Origin: Escherichia coli
GTDB lineage: Bacteria > Pseudomonadota > Gammaproteobacteria > Enterobacterales > Enterobacteriaceae
Reading direction: 5' to 3' (one strand)
Length of the DNA: 64,000 nucleotides
Assembly (NCBI RefSeq): GCF_003334255.1
Contig: NZ_QOWU01000020.1
Shown here: piece by piece, positions 11,371-28,120 of the stretch
Layout of the letters: every line of letters starts with the position of its first letter
Numbering within the stretch: position 1 is the stretch's first letter
Program-made: the position numbers and the translations under genes
The notes under the pieces: generated by a model
Database searches by the model: none
What the model was told of the DNA's origin: nothing
What the model saw: the letters and a program-made list of their open reading frames with translations, nothing else

Positions 11371-13197
11371 ATGCATTATATGAAGTGGATTTATCCACGC
11401 CGCTTACGCAATCAAATGATCCTGATGGCAATCCTGATGGTCATTGTCCCAACGCTTACTATTGGTTATATCGTAGAAACGGAAGGACGTTCAGCAGTCT
11501 TATCTGAAAAAGAGAAAAAACTTTCTGCCGTGGTCAACCTGCTTAATCAGGCACTAGGCGATCGCTATGATCTCTACATCGACTTACCACGTGAGGAGCG
11601 TATCCGCGCATTAAATGCAGAACTTGCCCCCATTACCGAAAATATCACTCACGCCTTCCCTGGCATCGGTGCTGGTTATTACAACAAAATGCTGGATGCG
11701 ATAATCACCTACGCGCCTTCAGCGCTATATCAGAATAATGTCGGCGTTACCATTGCCGCAGATCACCCTGGTCGCGAAGTGATGCGTACAAATACCCCTT
11801 TAGTTTATTCAGGCAGGCAGGTGCGCGGCGATATTTTGAATTCAATGCTCCCCATTGAGCGTAATGGTGAAATCCTCGGCTATATCTGGGCCAATGAATT
11901 AACCGAAGATATTCGCCGCCAGGCCTGGAAAATGGATGTGAGGATTATCATTGTGCTCACCGCTGGTTTGCTGATAAGCCTGCTGTTGATTGTCCTTTTC
12001 TCCCGTCGCCTGAGCGCCAATATTGATATCATCACCGATGGCCTCTCGACTCTGGCACAAAATATTCCCACTCGATTACCACAATTGCCCGGTGAAATGG
12101 GGCAAATCAGTCAGAGTGTTAATAACCTCGCCCAGGCACTGCGTGAAACGCGGACACTTAACGATCTGATTATTGAAAACGCTGCCGATGGCGTCATTGC
12201 CATTGACCGCCAGGGTGATGTAACCACCATGAACCCAGCAGCAGAAGTTATCACTGGCTATCAACGCCATGAACTGGTAGGGCAGCCTTACTCCATGTTG
12301 TTCGACAATACTCAGTTCTACAGTCCAGTACTGGATACGCTGGAACATGGCACCGAACATGTGGCGCTGGAGATCAGTTTTCCAGGTCGTGACCGCACCA
12401 TTGAACTCAGTGTCACTACCAGTCGTATTCATAACACGCACGGTGAAATGATAGGTGCTTTGGTGATTTTCTCTGATTTAACTGCCCGCAAAGAAACCCA
12501 GCGCCGCATGGCGCAAGCAGAACGCCTCGCCACACTGGGTGAGCTGATGGCTGGCGTCGCGCATGAAGTACGTAATCCGTTAACGGCTATTCGTGGTTAT
12601 GTACAGATCTTGCGCCAACAAACCAGTGACCCAATACATCAGGAATATCTGTCCGTAGTACTCAAAGAAATCGATTCAATTAACAAAGTTATTCAGCAAT
12701 TGCTCGAATTTTCACGTCCACGCCACAGTCAATGGCAACAAGTCAGCCTCAATGCATTGGTTGAAGAAACTCTGGTACTGGTACAAACCGCCGGCGTACA
12801 AGCGCGGGTCGACTTCATAAGCGAACTGGATAATGAATTAAGCCCGATTAACGCCGATCGTGAACTGCTCAAACAGGTACTACTGAATATCCTGATCAAT
12901 GCCGTCCAGGCTATCAGCGCACGAGGGAAAATTCGCATTCAAACCTGGCAATACAGCGACTCACAACAGGCCATTTCGATAGAGGACAACGGCTGTGGCA
13001 TTGATCTCTCGCTGCAAAAAAAGATCTTCGATCCCTTTTTCACCACCAAAGCCTCAGGAACCGGGCTTGGTCTGGCGTTAAGTCAACGCATCATTAATGC
13101 CCATCAGGGTGATATTCGCGTCGCCAGTTTGCCGGGCTACGGCGCAACCTTCACGCTTATTTTACCGATCAACCCGCAGGGAAATCAGACTGTATGA
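11371..13197 (+). CDS. atoS: AtoS sensor histidine kinase
   Basis: 608-aa protein starting MHYMKWIYPRRL with H-box AHEVRNPL; the ORF-track start is 4 codons upstream. Confidence 0.93.
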   Translation: MHYMKWIYPRRLRNQMILMAILMVIVPTLTIGYIVETEGRSAVLSEKEKKLSAVVNLLNQALGDRYDLYIDLPREERIRALNAELAPITENITHAFPGIGAGYYNKMLDAIITYAPSALYQNNVGVTIAADHPGREVMRTNTPLVYSGRQVRGDILNSMLPIERNGEILGYIWANELTEDIRRQAWKMDVRIIIVLTAGLLISLLLIVLFSRRLSANIDIITDGLSTLAQNIPTRLPQLPGEMGQISQSVNNLAQALRETRTLNDLIIENAADGVIAIDRQGDVTTMNPAAEVITGYQRHELVGQPYSMLFDNTQFYSPVLDTLEHGTEHVALEISFPGRDRTIELSVTTSRIHNTHGEMIGALVIFSDLTARKETQRRMAQAERLATLGELMAGVAHEVRNPLTAIRGYVQILRQQTSDPIHQEYLSVVLKEIDSINKVIQQLLEFSRPRHSQWQQVSLNALVEETLVLVQTAGVQARVDFISELDNELSPINADRELLKQVLLNILINAVQAISARGKIRIQTWQYSDSQQAISIEDNGCGIDLSLQKKIFDPFFTTKASGTGLGLALSQRIINAHQGDIRVASLPGYGATFTLILPINPQGNQTV

Positions 13198-14579
13198 CTG
13201 CTATTAATCGCATCCTTATTGTGGATGATGAAGATAATGTTCGCCGTATGCTGAGCACCGCTTTTGCACTACAAGGATTCGAAACACATTGTGCGAACAA
13301 CGGACGCACAGCATTACACCTGTTTGCCGATATTCACCCTGATGTGGTGTTGATGGATATCCGCATGCCAGAGATGGACGGCATCAAGGCACTAAAGGAG
13401 ATGCGCAGCCATGAGACCCGGACACCCGTTATTCTGATGACGGCCTATGCGGAAGTGGAAACCGCCGTCGAAGCGCTACGCTGCGGAGCCTTCGACTATG
13501 TTATTAAACCGTTTGATCTCGATGAGTTGAATTTAATCGTTCAGCGCGCTTTACAACTCCAGTCAATGAAAAAAGAGATCCGTCATCTGCACCAGGCACT
13601 GAGCACCAGCTGGCAATGGGGGCACATTCTCACCAACAGCCCGGCGATGATGGACATCTGCAAAGACACCGCCAAAATTGCCCTTTCTCAGGCCAGCGTC
13701 TTGATTAGCGGTGAAAGCGGCACCGGGAAAGAGTTGATTGCCAGAGCGATTCACTACAATTCGCGGCGGGCAAAGGGGCCGTTCATTAAAGTCAACTGCG
13801 CGGCGCTGCCGGAATCGTTGCTCGAAAGTGAACTGTTTGGTCATGAAAAAGGTGCATTTACTGGTGCACAAACCTTGCGTCAGGGATTATTTGAACGAGC
13901 CAACGAAGGTACTCTGCTCCTCGACGAAATTGGCGAAATGCCGCTGGTACTACAAGCCAAATTACTACGCATTCTACAGGAACGGGAATTTGAACGGATT
14001 GGCGGCCATCAGACCATAAAAGTTGATATCCGCATCATTGCTGCCACCAACCGCGACTTGCAGGCAATGGTAAAAGAAGGCACCTTCCGTGAAGATCTCT
14101 TTTATCGCCTTAACGTTATTCATTTAATACTGCCGCCTCTGCGTGATCGCCTGGAAGATATTTCCCTGTTAGCTAATCACTTTTTGCAAAAATTCAGTAG
14201 TGAGAATCAGCGCGATATTATCGACATCGATCCGATGGCAATGTCACTGCTTACCGCCTGGTCATGGCCGGGAAATATTCGAGAGCTTTCCAACGTTATT
14301 GAACGCGCCGTCGTGATGAATTCAGGCCCGATCATTTTTTCTGAGGATCTTCCGCCACAGATTCGTCAGCCAGTCTGTAATGCTGGCGAGGTAAAAACAG
14401 CCCCTGTCGGTGAGCGTAATTTAAAAGAGGAAATTAAACGCGTCGAAAAACGCATCATTATGGAAGTGCTGGAACAACAAGAAGGAAACCGAACCCGCAC
14501 TGCTTTAATGCTGGGCATCAGTCGCCGTGCATTGATGTATAAACTCCAGGAATACGGTATCGATCCGGCGGATGTATAA
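13194..14579 (+). CDS. atoC: AtoC sigma54-dependent response regulator (NtrC family)
   Basis: 461-aa ORF with receiver domain, AAA+ motifs (GESGTGKE, GAFTGA) and C-terminal HTH; overlaps atoS stop by 4 nt. Confidence 0.95.
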   Translation: MTAINRILIVDDEDNVRRMLSTAFALQGFETHCANNGRTALHLFADIHPDVVLMDIRMPEMDGIKALKEMRSHETRTPVILMTAYAEVETAVEALRCGAFDYVIKPFDLDELNLIVQRALQLQSMKKEIRHLHQALSTSWQWGHILTNSPAMMDICKDTAKIALSQASVLISGESGTGKELIARAIHYNSRRAKGPFIKVNCAALPESLLESELFGHEKGAFTGAQTLRQGLFERANEGTLLLDEIGEMPLVLQAKLLRILQEREFERIGGHQTIKVDIRIIAATNRDLQAMVKEGTFREDLFYRLNVIHLILPPLRDRLEDISLLANHFLQKFSSENQRDIIDIDPMAMSLLTAWSWPGNIRELSNVIERAVVMNSGPIIFSEDLPPQIRQPVCNAGEVKTAPVGERNLKEEIKRVEKRIIMEVLEQQEGNRTRTALMLGISRRALMYKLQEYGIDPADV

Positions 14580-14590
14580 CACCAAAACTT

Positions 14591-14631
14591 GCTATGCAGA
14601 AATTTGCACAGTGCGCAATTTTCTGCATAGC
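14591..14631. promoter_or_regulatory. AtoC binding site (inverted palindrome upstream of atoDAEB)
   Basis: GCTATGCAGAAATTTGCACAGTGCGCAATTTTCTGCATAGC: the outer 12-bp arms are perfect reverse complements; position matches the known ato cis element. Confidence 0.75.
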
Positions 14632-14713
14632 CGCTCATTCTCCTTATAAATCCCCATCCAATTTATCCCTTCATATTCAATTAGTTAAATAACTAAATCC
14701 AATAATCTCATTC

Positions 14714-14729
14714 TGGCACTCCCCTTGCT
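14714..14729 (+). promoter_or_regulatory. sigma54 (-24/-12) promoter of atoDAEB
   Basis: TGGCAC-N5-TTGCT at 14714-14729 (GG and GC 12 nt apart), about 45 bp upstream of atoD. Confidence 0.8.
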
Positions 14730-14774
14730 ATTGCCTGACTGTACCCACAACGGTGTATGCAAGAGGGATAAAAA

Positions 14775-15437
14775 ATGAAAACAAAATTGATGACATTACA
14801 AGACGCCACCGGCTTCTTTCGTGACGGCATGACCATCATGGTGGGCGGATTTATGGGGATTGGCACTCCATCCCGCCTGGTTGAAGCATTACTGGAATCT
14901 GGTGTTCGCGACCTGACATTGATAGCCAATGATACCGCGTTTGTTGATACCGGCATCGGTCCGCTCATCGTCAATGGTCGAGTCCGCAAAGTGATTGCTT
15001 CACATATCGGCACCAACCCGGAAACAGGTCGGCGCATGATATCTGGTGAGATGGACGTCGTTCTGGTGCCGCAAGGTACGCTAATCGAGCAAATTCGCTG
15101 TGGTGGAGCTGGACTTGGTGGTTTTCTCACCCCAACGGGTGTCGGCACCGTCGTAGAGGAAGGCAAACAGACACTGACACTCGACGGTAAAACCTGGCTG
15201 CTCGAACGCCCACTGCGCGCCGACCTGGCGCTAATTCGCGCTCATCGTTGCGACACACTTGGCAACCTGACCTATCAACTTAGCGCCCGCAACTTTAACC
15301 CCCTGATAGCCCTTGCGGCTGATATCACGCTGGTAGAGCCAGATGAACTGGTCGAAACCGGCGAGCTGCAACCTGACCATATTGTCACCCCTGGTGCCGT
15401 TATCGACCACATCATCGTTTCACAGGAGAGCAAATAA
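14775..15437 (+). CDS. atoD: Acetate CoA-transferase alpha subunit
   Basis: 220-aa ORF matching AtoD. Confidence 0.95.
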   Translation: MKTKLMTLQDATGFFRDGMTIMVGGFMGIGTPSRLVEALLESGVRDLTLIANDTAFVDTGIGPLIVNGRVRKVIASHIGTNPETGRRMISGEMDVVLVPQGTLIEQIRCGGAGLGGFLTPTGVGTVVEEGKQTLTLDGKTWLLERPLRADLALIRAHRCDTLGNLTYQLSARNFNPLIALAADITLVEPDELVETGELQPDHIVTPGAVIDHIIVSQESK

Positions 15438-16087
15438 TGGATGCGAAACAACGTATTGCGCGCCGTGTGGCGCAAGAGCTTCGTGATGGTGACATCGTTA
15501 ACTTAGGGATCGGTTTACCCACAATGGTCGCCAATTATTTACCGGAGGGTATTCATATCACTCTGCAATCGGAAAACGGCTTCCTCGGTTTAGGCCCGGT
15601 CACGACAGCGCATCCAGATCTGGTGAACGCTGGCGGGCAACCGTGCGGTGTTTTACCCGGTGCAGCCATGTTTGATAGCGCCATGTCATTTGCGCTAATC
15701 CGTGGCGGTCATATTGATGCCTGCGTGCTCGGCGGTTTGCAAGTAGACGAAGAAGCAAACCTCGCGAACTGGGTAGTGCCTGGGAAAATGGTGCCCGGTA
15801 TGGGTGGCGCGATGGATCTGGTGACCGGGTCGCGCAAAGTGATCATCGCCATGGAACATTGCGCCAAAGATGGTTCAGCAAAAATTTTGCGCCGCTGCAC
15901 CATGCCACTCACTGCGCAACATGCGGTGCATATGCTGGTTACTGAACTGGCTGTCTTTCGTTTTATTGACGGCAAAATGTGGCTCACCGAAATTGCCGAC
16001 GGGTGTGATTTAGCCACCGTGCGTGCCAAAACAGAAGCTCGGTTTGAAGTCGCCGCCGATCTGAATACGCAACGGGGTGATTTATGA
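15437..16087 (+). CDS. atoA: Acetate CoA-transferase beta subunit
   Basis: 216-aa ORF matching AtoA; start overlaps the atoD stop. Confidence 0.95.
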   Translation: MDAKQRIARRVAQELRDGDIVNLGIGLPTMVANYLPEGIHITLQSENGFLGLGPVTTAHPDLVNAGGQPCGVLPGAAMFDSAMSFALIRGGHIDACVLGGLQVDEEANLANWVVPGKMVPGMGGAMDLVTGSRKVIIAMEHCAKDGSAKILRRCTMPLTAQHAVHMLVTELAVFRFIDGKMWLTEIADGCDLATVRAKTEARFEVAADLNTQRGDL

Positions 16088-17406
16088 TTGGTCGCATATC
16101 GCGTTTTATGACGCGTTTTGTCAGCCGGTGGCTTCCCGATCCACTGATCTTTGCCATGTTGCTGACATTGCTAACATTCGTGATCGCGCTTTGGTTAACA
16201 CCACAAACGCCGATCAGCATGGTGAAAATGTGGGGTGACGGTTTCTGGAACTTGCTGGCGTTTGGTATGCAGATGGCGCTTATCATCGTTACCGGTCATG
16301 CCCTTGCCAGCTCTGCTCCGGTGAAAAGTTTGCTGCGTACTGCCGCCTCCGCCGCAAAGACGCCCGTACAGGGCGCCATGCTGGTCACTTTCTTCGGTTC
16401 AGTCGCTTGTGTCATCAACTGGGGATTTGGTTTGGTTGTCGGCGCAATGTTTGCCCGTGAAGTCGCCCGGCGAGTCCCCGGTTCTGATTATCCGTTGCTC
16501 ATTGCCTGCGCCTACATTGGTTTTCTCACCTGGGGTGGCGGCTTCTCTGGATCAATGCCTCTGTTGGCTGCAACACCGGGCAACCCGGTTGAGCATATCG
16601 CCGGGCTGATCCCGGTGGGCGATACTCTGTTCAGTGGTTTTAACATTTTCATCACTGTGGCGTTGATTGTGGTGATGCCATTTATCACCCGCATGATGAT
16701 GCCAAAACCGTCTGACGTGGTGAGTATCGATCCAAAACTACTCATGGAAGAGGCTGATTTTCAAAAGCAGCTACCGAAAGATGCCCCACCATCCGAGCGA
16801 CTGGAAGAAAGCCGCATTCTGACGTTGATCATCGGCGCACTCGGTATCGCTTACCTTGCGATGTACTTCAGCGAACATGGCTTCAACATCACCATCAATA
16901 CCGTCAACCTGATGTTTATGATTGCGGGTCTGCTGCTACATAAAACGCCAATGGCTTATATGCGTGCTATCAGCGCGGCAGCACGCAGTACTGCCGGTAT
17001 TCTGGTGCAATTCCCCTTCTACGCTGGGATCCAACTGATGATGGAGCATTCCGGTCTGGGCGGACTCATTACCGAATTCTTCATCAATGTTGCGAACAAA
17101 GACACCTTCCCGGTAATGACCTTTTTTAGTTCTGCACTGATTAACTTCGCCGTTCCGTCTGGCGGCGGTCACTGGGTTATTCAGGGACCTTTCGTGATAC
17201 CCGCAGCCCAGGCGCTGGGCGCTGATCTCGGTAAATCGGTAATGGCGATCGCCTACGGCGAGCAATGGATGAACATGGCACAACCATTCTGGGCGCTGCC
17301 AGCACTGGCAATCGCCGGACTCGGTGTCCGCGACATCATGGGCTACTGCATCACTGCCCTGCTCTTCTCCGGTGTCATTTTCGTCATTGGTTTAACGCTG
17401 TTCTGA
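16084..17406 (+). CDS. atoE: Short-chain fatty acid transporter
   Basis: 440-aa polytopic membrane protein matching AtoE; 4-nt overlap with atoA. Confidence 0.93.
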   Translation: MIGRISRFMTRFVSRWLPDPLIFAMLLTLLTFVIALWLTPQTPISMVKMWGDGFWNLLAFGMQMALIIVTGHALASSAPVKSLLRTAASAAKTPVQGAMLVTFFGSVACVINWGFGLVVGAMFAREVARRVPGSDYPLLIACAYIGFLTWGGGFSGSMPLLAATPGNPVEHIAGLIPVGDTLFSGFNIFITVALIVVMPFITRMMMPKPSDVVSIDPKLLMEEADFQKQLPKDAPPSERLEESRILTLIIGALGIAYLAMYFSEHGFNITINTVNLMFMIAGLLLHKTPMAYMRAISAAARSTAGILVQFPFYAGIQLMMEHSGLGGLITEFFINVANKDTFPVMTFFSSALINFAVPSGGGHWVIQGPFVIPAAQALGADLGKSVMAIAYGEQWMNMAQPFWALPALAIAGLGVRDIMGYCITALLFSGVIFVIGLTLF

Positions 17407-17436
17407 CGGCACCCCTACAAACAGAAGGAATATAAA

Positions 17437-18621
17437 ATGAAAAATTGTGTCATCGTCAGTGCGGTACGTACTGCTATCGGTAGTTTTAACGGTTCACTCG
17501 CTTCCACCAGCGCCATCGACCTGGGGGCGACAGTAATTAAAGCCGCCATTGAACGTGCAAAAATCGATTCACAACACGTTGATGAAGTGATTATGGGTAA
17601 CGTGTTACAAGCCGGGCTGGGGCAAAATCCGGCGCGTCAGGCACTGTTAAAAAGCGGGCTGGCAGAAACGGTGTGCGGATTCACGGTCAATAAAGTATGT
17701 GGTTCGGGTCTTAAAAGTGTGGCGCTTGCCGCCCAGGCCATTCAGGCAGGTCAGGCGCAGAGCATTGTGGCGGGGGGTATGGAAAATATGAGTTTAGCCC
17801 CCTACTTACTCGATGCAAAAGCACGCTCTGGTTATCGTCTTGGAGACGGACAGGTTTATGACGTAATCCTGCGCGATGGCCTGATGTGCGCCACCCATGG
17901 TTATCATATGGGGATTACCGCCGAAAACGTGGCTAAAGAGTACGGAATTACCCGTGAAATGCAGGATGAACTGGCGCTACATTCACAGCGTAAAGCGGCA
18001 GCCGCAATTGAGTCCGGTGCTTTTACAGCCGAAATCGTCCCGGTAAATGTTGTCACTCGAAAGAAAACCTTCGTCTTCAGTCAAGACGAATTCCCGAAAG
18101 CGAATTCAACGGCTGAAGCGTTAGGTGCATTGCGCCCGGCCTTCGATAAAGCAGGAACAGTCACCGCTGGGAACGCGTCTGGTATTAACGACGGTGCTGC
18201 CGCTCTGGTGATTATGGAAGAATCTGCGGCGCTGGCAGCAGGCCTTACCCCCCTGGCTCGCATTAAAAGTTATGCCAGCGGTGGCGTGCCCCCCGCATTG
18301 ATGGGTATGGGGCCAGTACCTGCCACGCAAAAAGCGTTACAACTGGCGGGGCTGCAACTGGCGGATATTGATCTCATTGAGGCTAATGAAGCATTTGCTG
18401 CACAGTTCCTTGCCGTTGGGAAAAACCTGGGCTTTGATTCTGAGAAAGTGAATGTCAACGGCGGGGCCATCGCGCTCGGGCATCCTATCGGTGCCAGTGG
18501 TGCTCGTATTCTGGTCACACTATTACATGCCATGCAGGCACGCGATAAAACGCTGGGGCTGGCAACACTGTGCATTGGCGGCGGTCAGGGAATTGCGATG
18601 GTGATTGAACGGTTGAATTAA
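17437..18621 (+). CDS. atoB: Acetyl-CoA acetyltransferase (thiolase II)
   Basis: 394-aa ORF with thiolase motifs ([17 protein letters not shown]-terminal CIGGGQG). Confidence 0.95.
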   Translation: MKNCVIVSAVRTAIGSFNGSLASTSAIDLGATVIKAAIERAKIDSQHVDEVIMGNVLQAGLGQNPARQALLKSGLAETVCGFTVNKVCGSGLKSVALAAQAIQAGQAQSIVAGGMENMSLAPYLLDAKARSGYRLGDGQVYDVILRDGLMCATHGYHMGITAENVAKEYGITREMQDELALHSQRKAAAAIESGAFTAEIVPVNVVTRKKTFVFSQDEFPKANSTAEALGALRPAFDKAGTVTAGNASGINDGAAALVIMEESAALAAGLTPLARIKSYASGGVPPALMGMGPVPATQKALQLAGLQLADIDLIEANEAFAAQFLAVGKNLGFDSEKVNVNGGAIALGHPIGASGARILVTLLHAMQARDKTLGLATLCIGGGQGIAMVIERLN

Positions 18622-18630
18622 TCAATAAAA

Positions 18631-18663
18631 ACACCCGATAGCGAAAGTTATCGGGTGTTTTCT
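18631..18663 (+). terminator. Rho-independent terminator after atoB (possibly bidirectional, also downstream of yfaP)
   Basis: Hairpin ACACCCGATA-GCGAAAG-TATCGGGTGT followed by TTTCTTG. Confidence 0.75.
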
Positions 18664-18694
18664 TGAACATCGACGGCGAAGGTAACCCCATTAA

Positions 18695-19471
18695 TCACCA
18701 GTCAAAACTTTTCACCAGCGTCAGCTCGCCAGCATTACGCATCGGTACAATAAATGTTTCCTGTTTCTCATTGACCGATCCTTCATCGGTGATCAGCGTC
18801 AGTTGGGCGGTGGTTAATTCCGTTTCGCTGCGCCCACCATAGTAGTTGATATACACCTGATAGCGCCCGTGAATTGGCGCGGGCATGGCGAAAATCTCGG
18901 GTCCGTACCCCGTCGTGACATCCATATCCAGTGCACCACTGTTTTTCAGCACGGTGTTACCGTACCAGGCGTGTTCGCCATCGGGCGTAACAACGTGAAG
19001 GTCGAGGTCGGTATTGTCCGTATCCCACGAGAGAACCAGCCGTAAACGTGCACGAATCGTTCCTGTACCCGGCGTTGAGTAAAACTGCATTTTTTGTCGG
19101 CTTTGCCCATCCGGGCTGATGACCTGCACGCTGTTGCTGCCTTCAGTGAAAATATAAGGGCGTGCAAATGAACCATCGGATTCAATTCTCTGCGGCATAC
19201 TGGCACCGTTGACCACCAGCCGGCCCTGCTGAACTTTACCCGCCGCAGCATAATTCTTTATTTTGCCGCGGATCTGCGCTGAGATATTTTGATCATCTGC
19301 CATGTTGACGGACGACGCCGGGTAATTGATCGATTGTGAAAAACTGGCATCTTCGCCCTCTGCCGGATGCCAGCCTGAGAGCGGTGCATCAATCTCGACT
19401 TCCTGCACACCTTCACTGTGAGCGACAGGCGAAAGCGCCACCAGTAACAACGGAAGAAAAATCTTTCGCAT
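18695..19471 (-). CDS. yfaP: Exported protein YfaP (DUF2135), part of the alpha2-macroglobulin-like operon
   Basis: 258-aa ORF with N-terminal signal peptide (MRKIFLPLLLVALSPVAHS). Confidence 0.88.
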   Translation of the reverse strand: MRKIFLPLLLVALSPVAHSEGVQEVEIDAPLSGWHPAEGEDASFSQSINYPASSVNMADDQNISAQIRGKIKNYAAAGKVQQGRLVVNGASMPQRIESDGSFARPYIFTEGSNSVQVISPDGQSRQKMQFYSTPGTGTIRARLRLVLSWDTDNTDLDLHVVTPDGEHAWYGNTVLKNSGALDMDVTTGYGPEIFAMPAPIHGRYQVYINYYGGRSETELTTAQLTLITDEGSVNEKQETFIVPMRNAGELTLVKSFDW

Positions 19472-19475
19472 AGCA

Positions 19476-21125
19476 TTAGTCCATTAATAATTGTCGGGTC
19501 AGCGTTTCGATATAGTTCTCATCAAGCCCGGTGGGATAACCATCAAAGGCCAGGTGCAGATACTCATGGGTTAAATCCAGCCGATCCTGAAGCGTAAAGA
19601 AGTTACGAATAAACAGCCGTTTCTGCTGCCGATCGGTATAGGGGAAACCTGAGACTAAACGGCAAACCGCAAACACGTCTGGTTCGTTGTACCCCGTCTC
19701 AGCTTGTAATATACGCCGCCACTGCGGCATTTTTTTCGCCAGCCAGGCTTTCGCTTTGGGTAATAACTGGCAGGTTGAGCGTGGCGCTCCCCAGCGGCTA
19801 AGACTGTTGTCGGGATAAGCAAACGCGAGTATCTGATCGTAACGCTCTCCCTGCCCCGCCTGGGCCGTGGCTTGCCGCCAGGAAAGTGTCCCTTCGGTAG
19901 CGCGACTGCCATGATAATGAACCGGATCGCCTGCATAGATGAGATCCTGCGTCCAGGCGGTCATCGTTCGCGCCCCCGTGGTCGCTGGCGAAGCAGAAAC
20001 ACGCTGCGTGGCGCTGCTGTCGGGGATGGTCAGGCAATCGCCTTCCCGATTGGCGTTTTGCTGTAAAAAAGTGCGAATCGCCACGGTCATGGCTTTCGCT
20101 GCCTCAGGGGGCGTACTTTTCGCCTCGCGATCCAGAACTCTGGCAACGTACTCTTCACGATCGAGATGCGACTGCAATTTCAGTTTGCCCTTTTCGCTCA
20201 GTAAGGTCGTCTCACCGTGGCTGACAAACGTAATGTGGTTACCATTAGTAAACGTCACACGATAGCGCCCATTAAGTACGCCGGGATTTACTGCCGTCGT
20301 ACTCTTTTCCGCTGTGATTTTCTTCAGCGGATAGCGGGCAAACAGCTCCACCTCTACACATTGCCCACTGGCAACCTGCGTCGGCACTGGCAAAACCCGA
20401 TTAAGCACCGTCGCATAACGGGTTAGTACCGTTTTGCTGGTGCCACTGCCAGTAACCCACAGCGGTGTACCATCGGTTAACCAGCCAGCAAAACCACCCT
20501 GACGGATTTCCTGTTTATCATCGGCAAACCAGCTCCAGGTTTTCACCCGTACCCGACTACCGAGCATGGATGCGACACCGATTTTCGCCTCGTCCAGCAC
20601 CACATCCAGTAAGACTTCCTGAGCTTTGTTTTGCGCGGGTAACGTCGCTAATGAATCAAGCAGCGATTTAACCGTTACCGAGGTTTCTGGCTTCAGCGTA
20701 GTCAGAGACGCTAACCACGCAGGTGCCTGACGCTGTTGCCAGTATTGCCCCCACACATCTGCGCCAATATGCAACCGCTGCGGCGCAAAATAGAGCCCAC
20801 AGGAACGTACCAGCGCGGTATCGCGCGTTATGCTCTCCCCAGCCTGACAACAATAAACCTCTTCCGGGGAGTTTCCGCGACACTGGTAGGGCTGCTCCGG
20901 TTGATGGGTATCCTCCAGCCAGGCGTAAACATACAGTTTCCACAAACTCCCTAACGGCGTGGTGAGCGAGTCAGGTAATGCTGAGACTTTGGTCACGCCT
21001 GATGACGACAGCTGATACAGTTGATCGTGCTGCGCACCGCGCAGCACCAGTTGTAACGGCGTCTCCTCCGCAAGTGTTGGCAGAGTAACCAACGCCAATA
21101 GCCAGACGATTCTGCGCCAGTTCAC
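19476..21125 (-). CDS. yfaQ: Exported protein YfaQ (DUF2300)
   Basis: 549-aa ORF with signal peptide (MNWRRIVWLLALVTLPTLA); 4-bp spacing from yfaP. Confidence 0.88.
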   Translation of the reverse strand: MNWRRIVWLLALVTLPTLAEETPLQLVLRGAQHDQLYQLSSSGVTKVSALPDSLTTPLGSLWKLYVYAWLEDTHQPEQPYQCRGNSPEEVYCCQAGESITRDTALVRSCGLYFAPQRLHIGADVWGQYWQQRQAPAWLASLTTLKPETSVTVKSLLDSLATLPAQNKAQEVLLDVVLDEAKIGVASMLGSRVRVKTWSWFADDKQEIRQGGFAGWLTDGTPLWVTGSGTSKTVLTRYATVLNRVLPVPTQVASGQCVEVELFARYPLKKITAEKSTTAVNPGVLNGRYRVTFTNGNHITFVSHGETTLLSEKGKLKLQSHLDREEYVARVLDREAKSTPPEAAKAMTVAIRTFLQQNANREGDCLTIPDSSATQRVSASPATTGARTMTAWTQDLIYAGDPVHYHGSRATEGTLSWRQATAQAGQGERYDQILAFAYPDNSLSRWGAPRSTCQLLPKAKAWLAKKMPQWRRILQAETGYNEPDVFAVCRLVSGFPYTDRQQKRLFIRNFFTLQDRLDLTHEYLHLAFDGYPTGLDENYIETLTRQLLMD

Positions 21126-28020
<6,895 letters not shown>

Positions 28021-28120
28021 ACTTTACCGTGCCCTAATACGACAAAAGCCCAGACTTTGCAGCCTGGACTTTTCAATTCAAACAAGGGAGATAGCTCCCT
28101 TTTGGCATGAAGAAGTAAAA

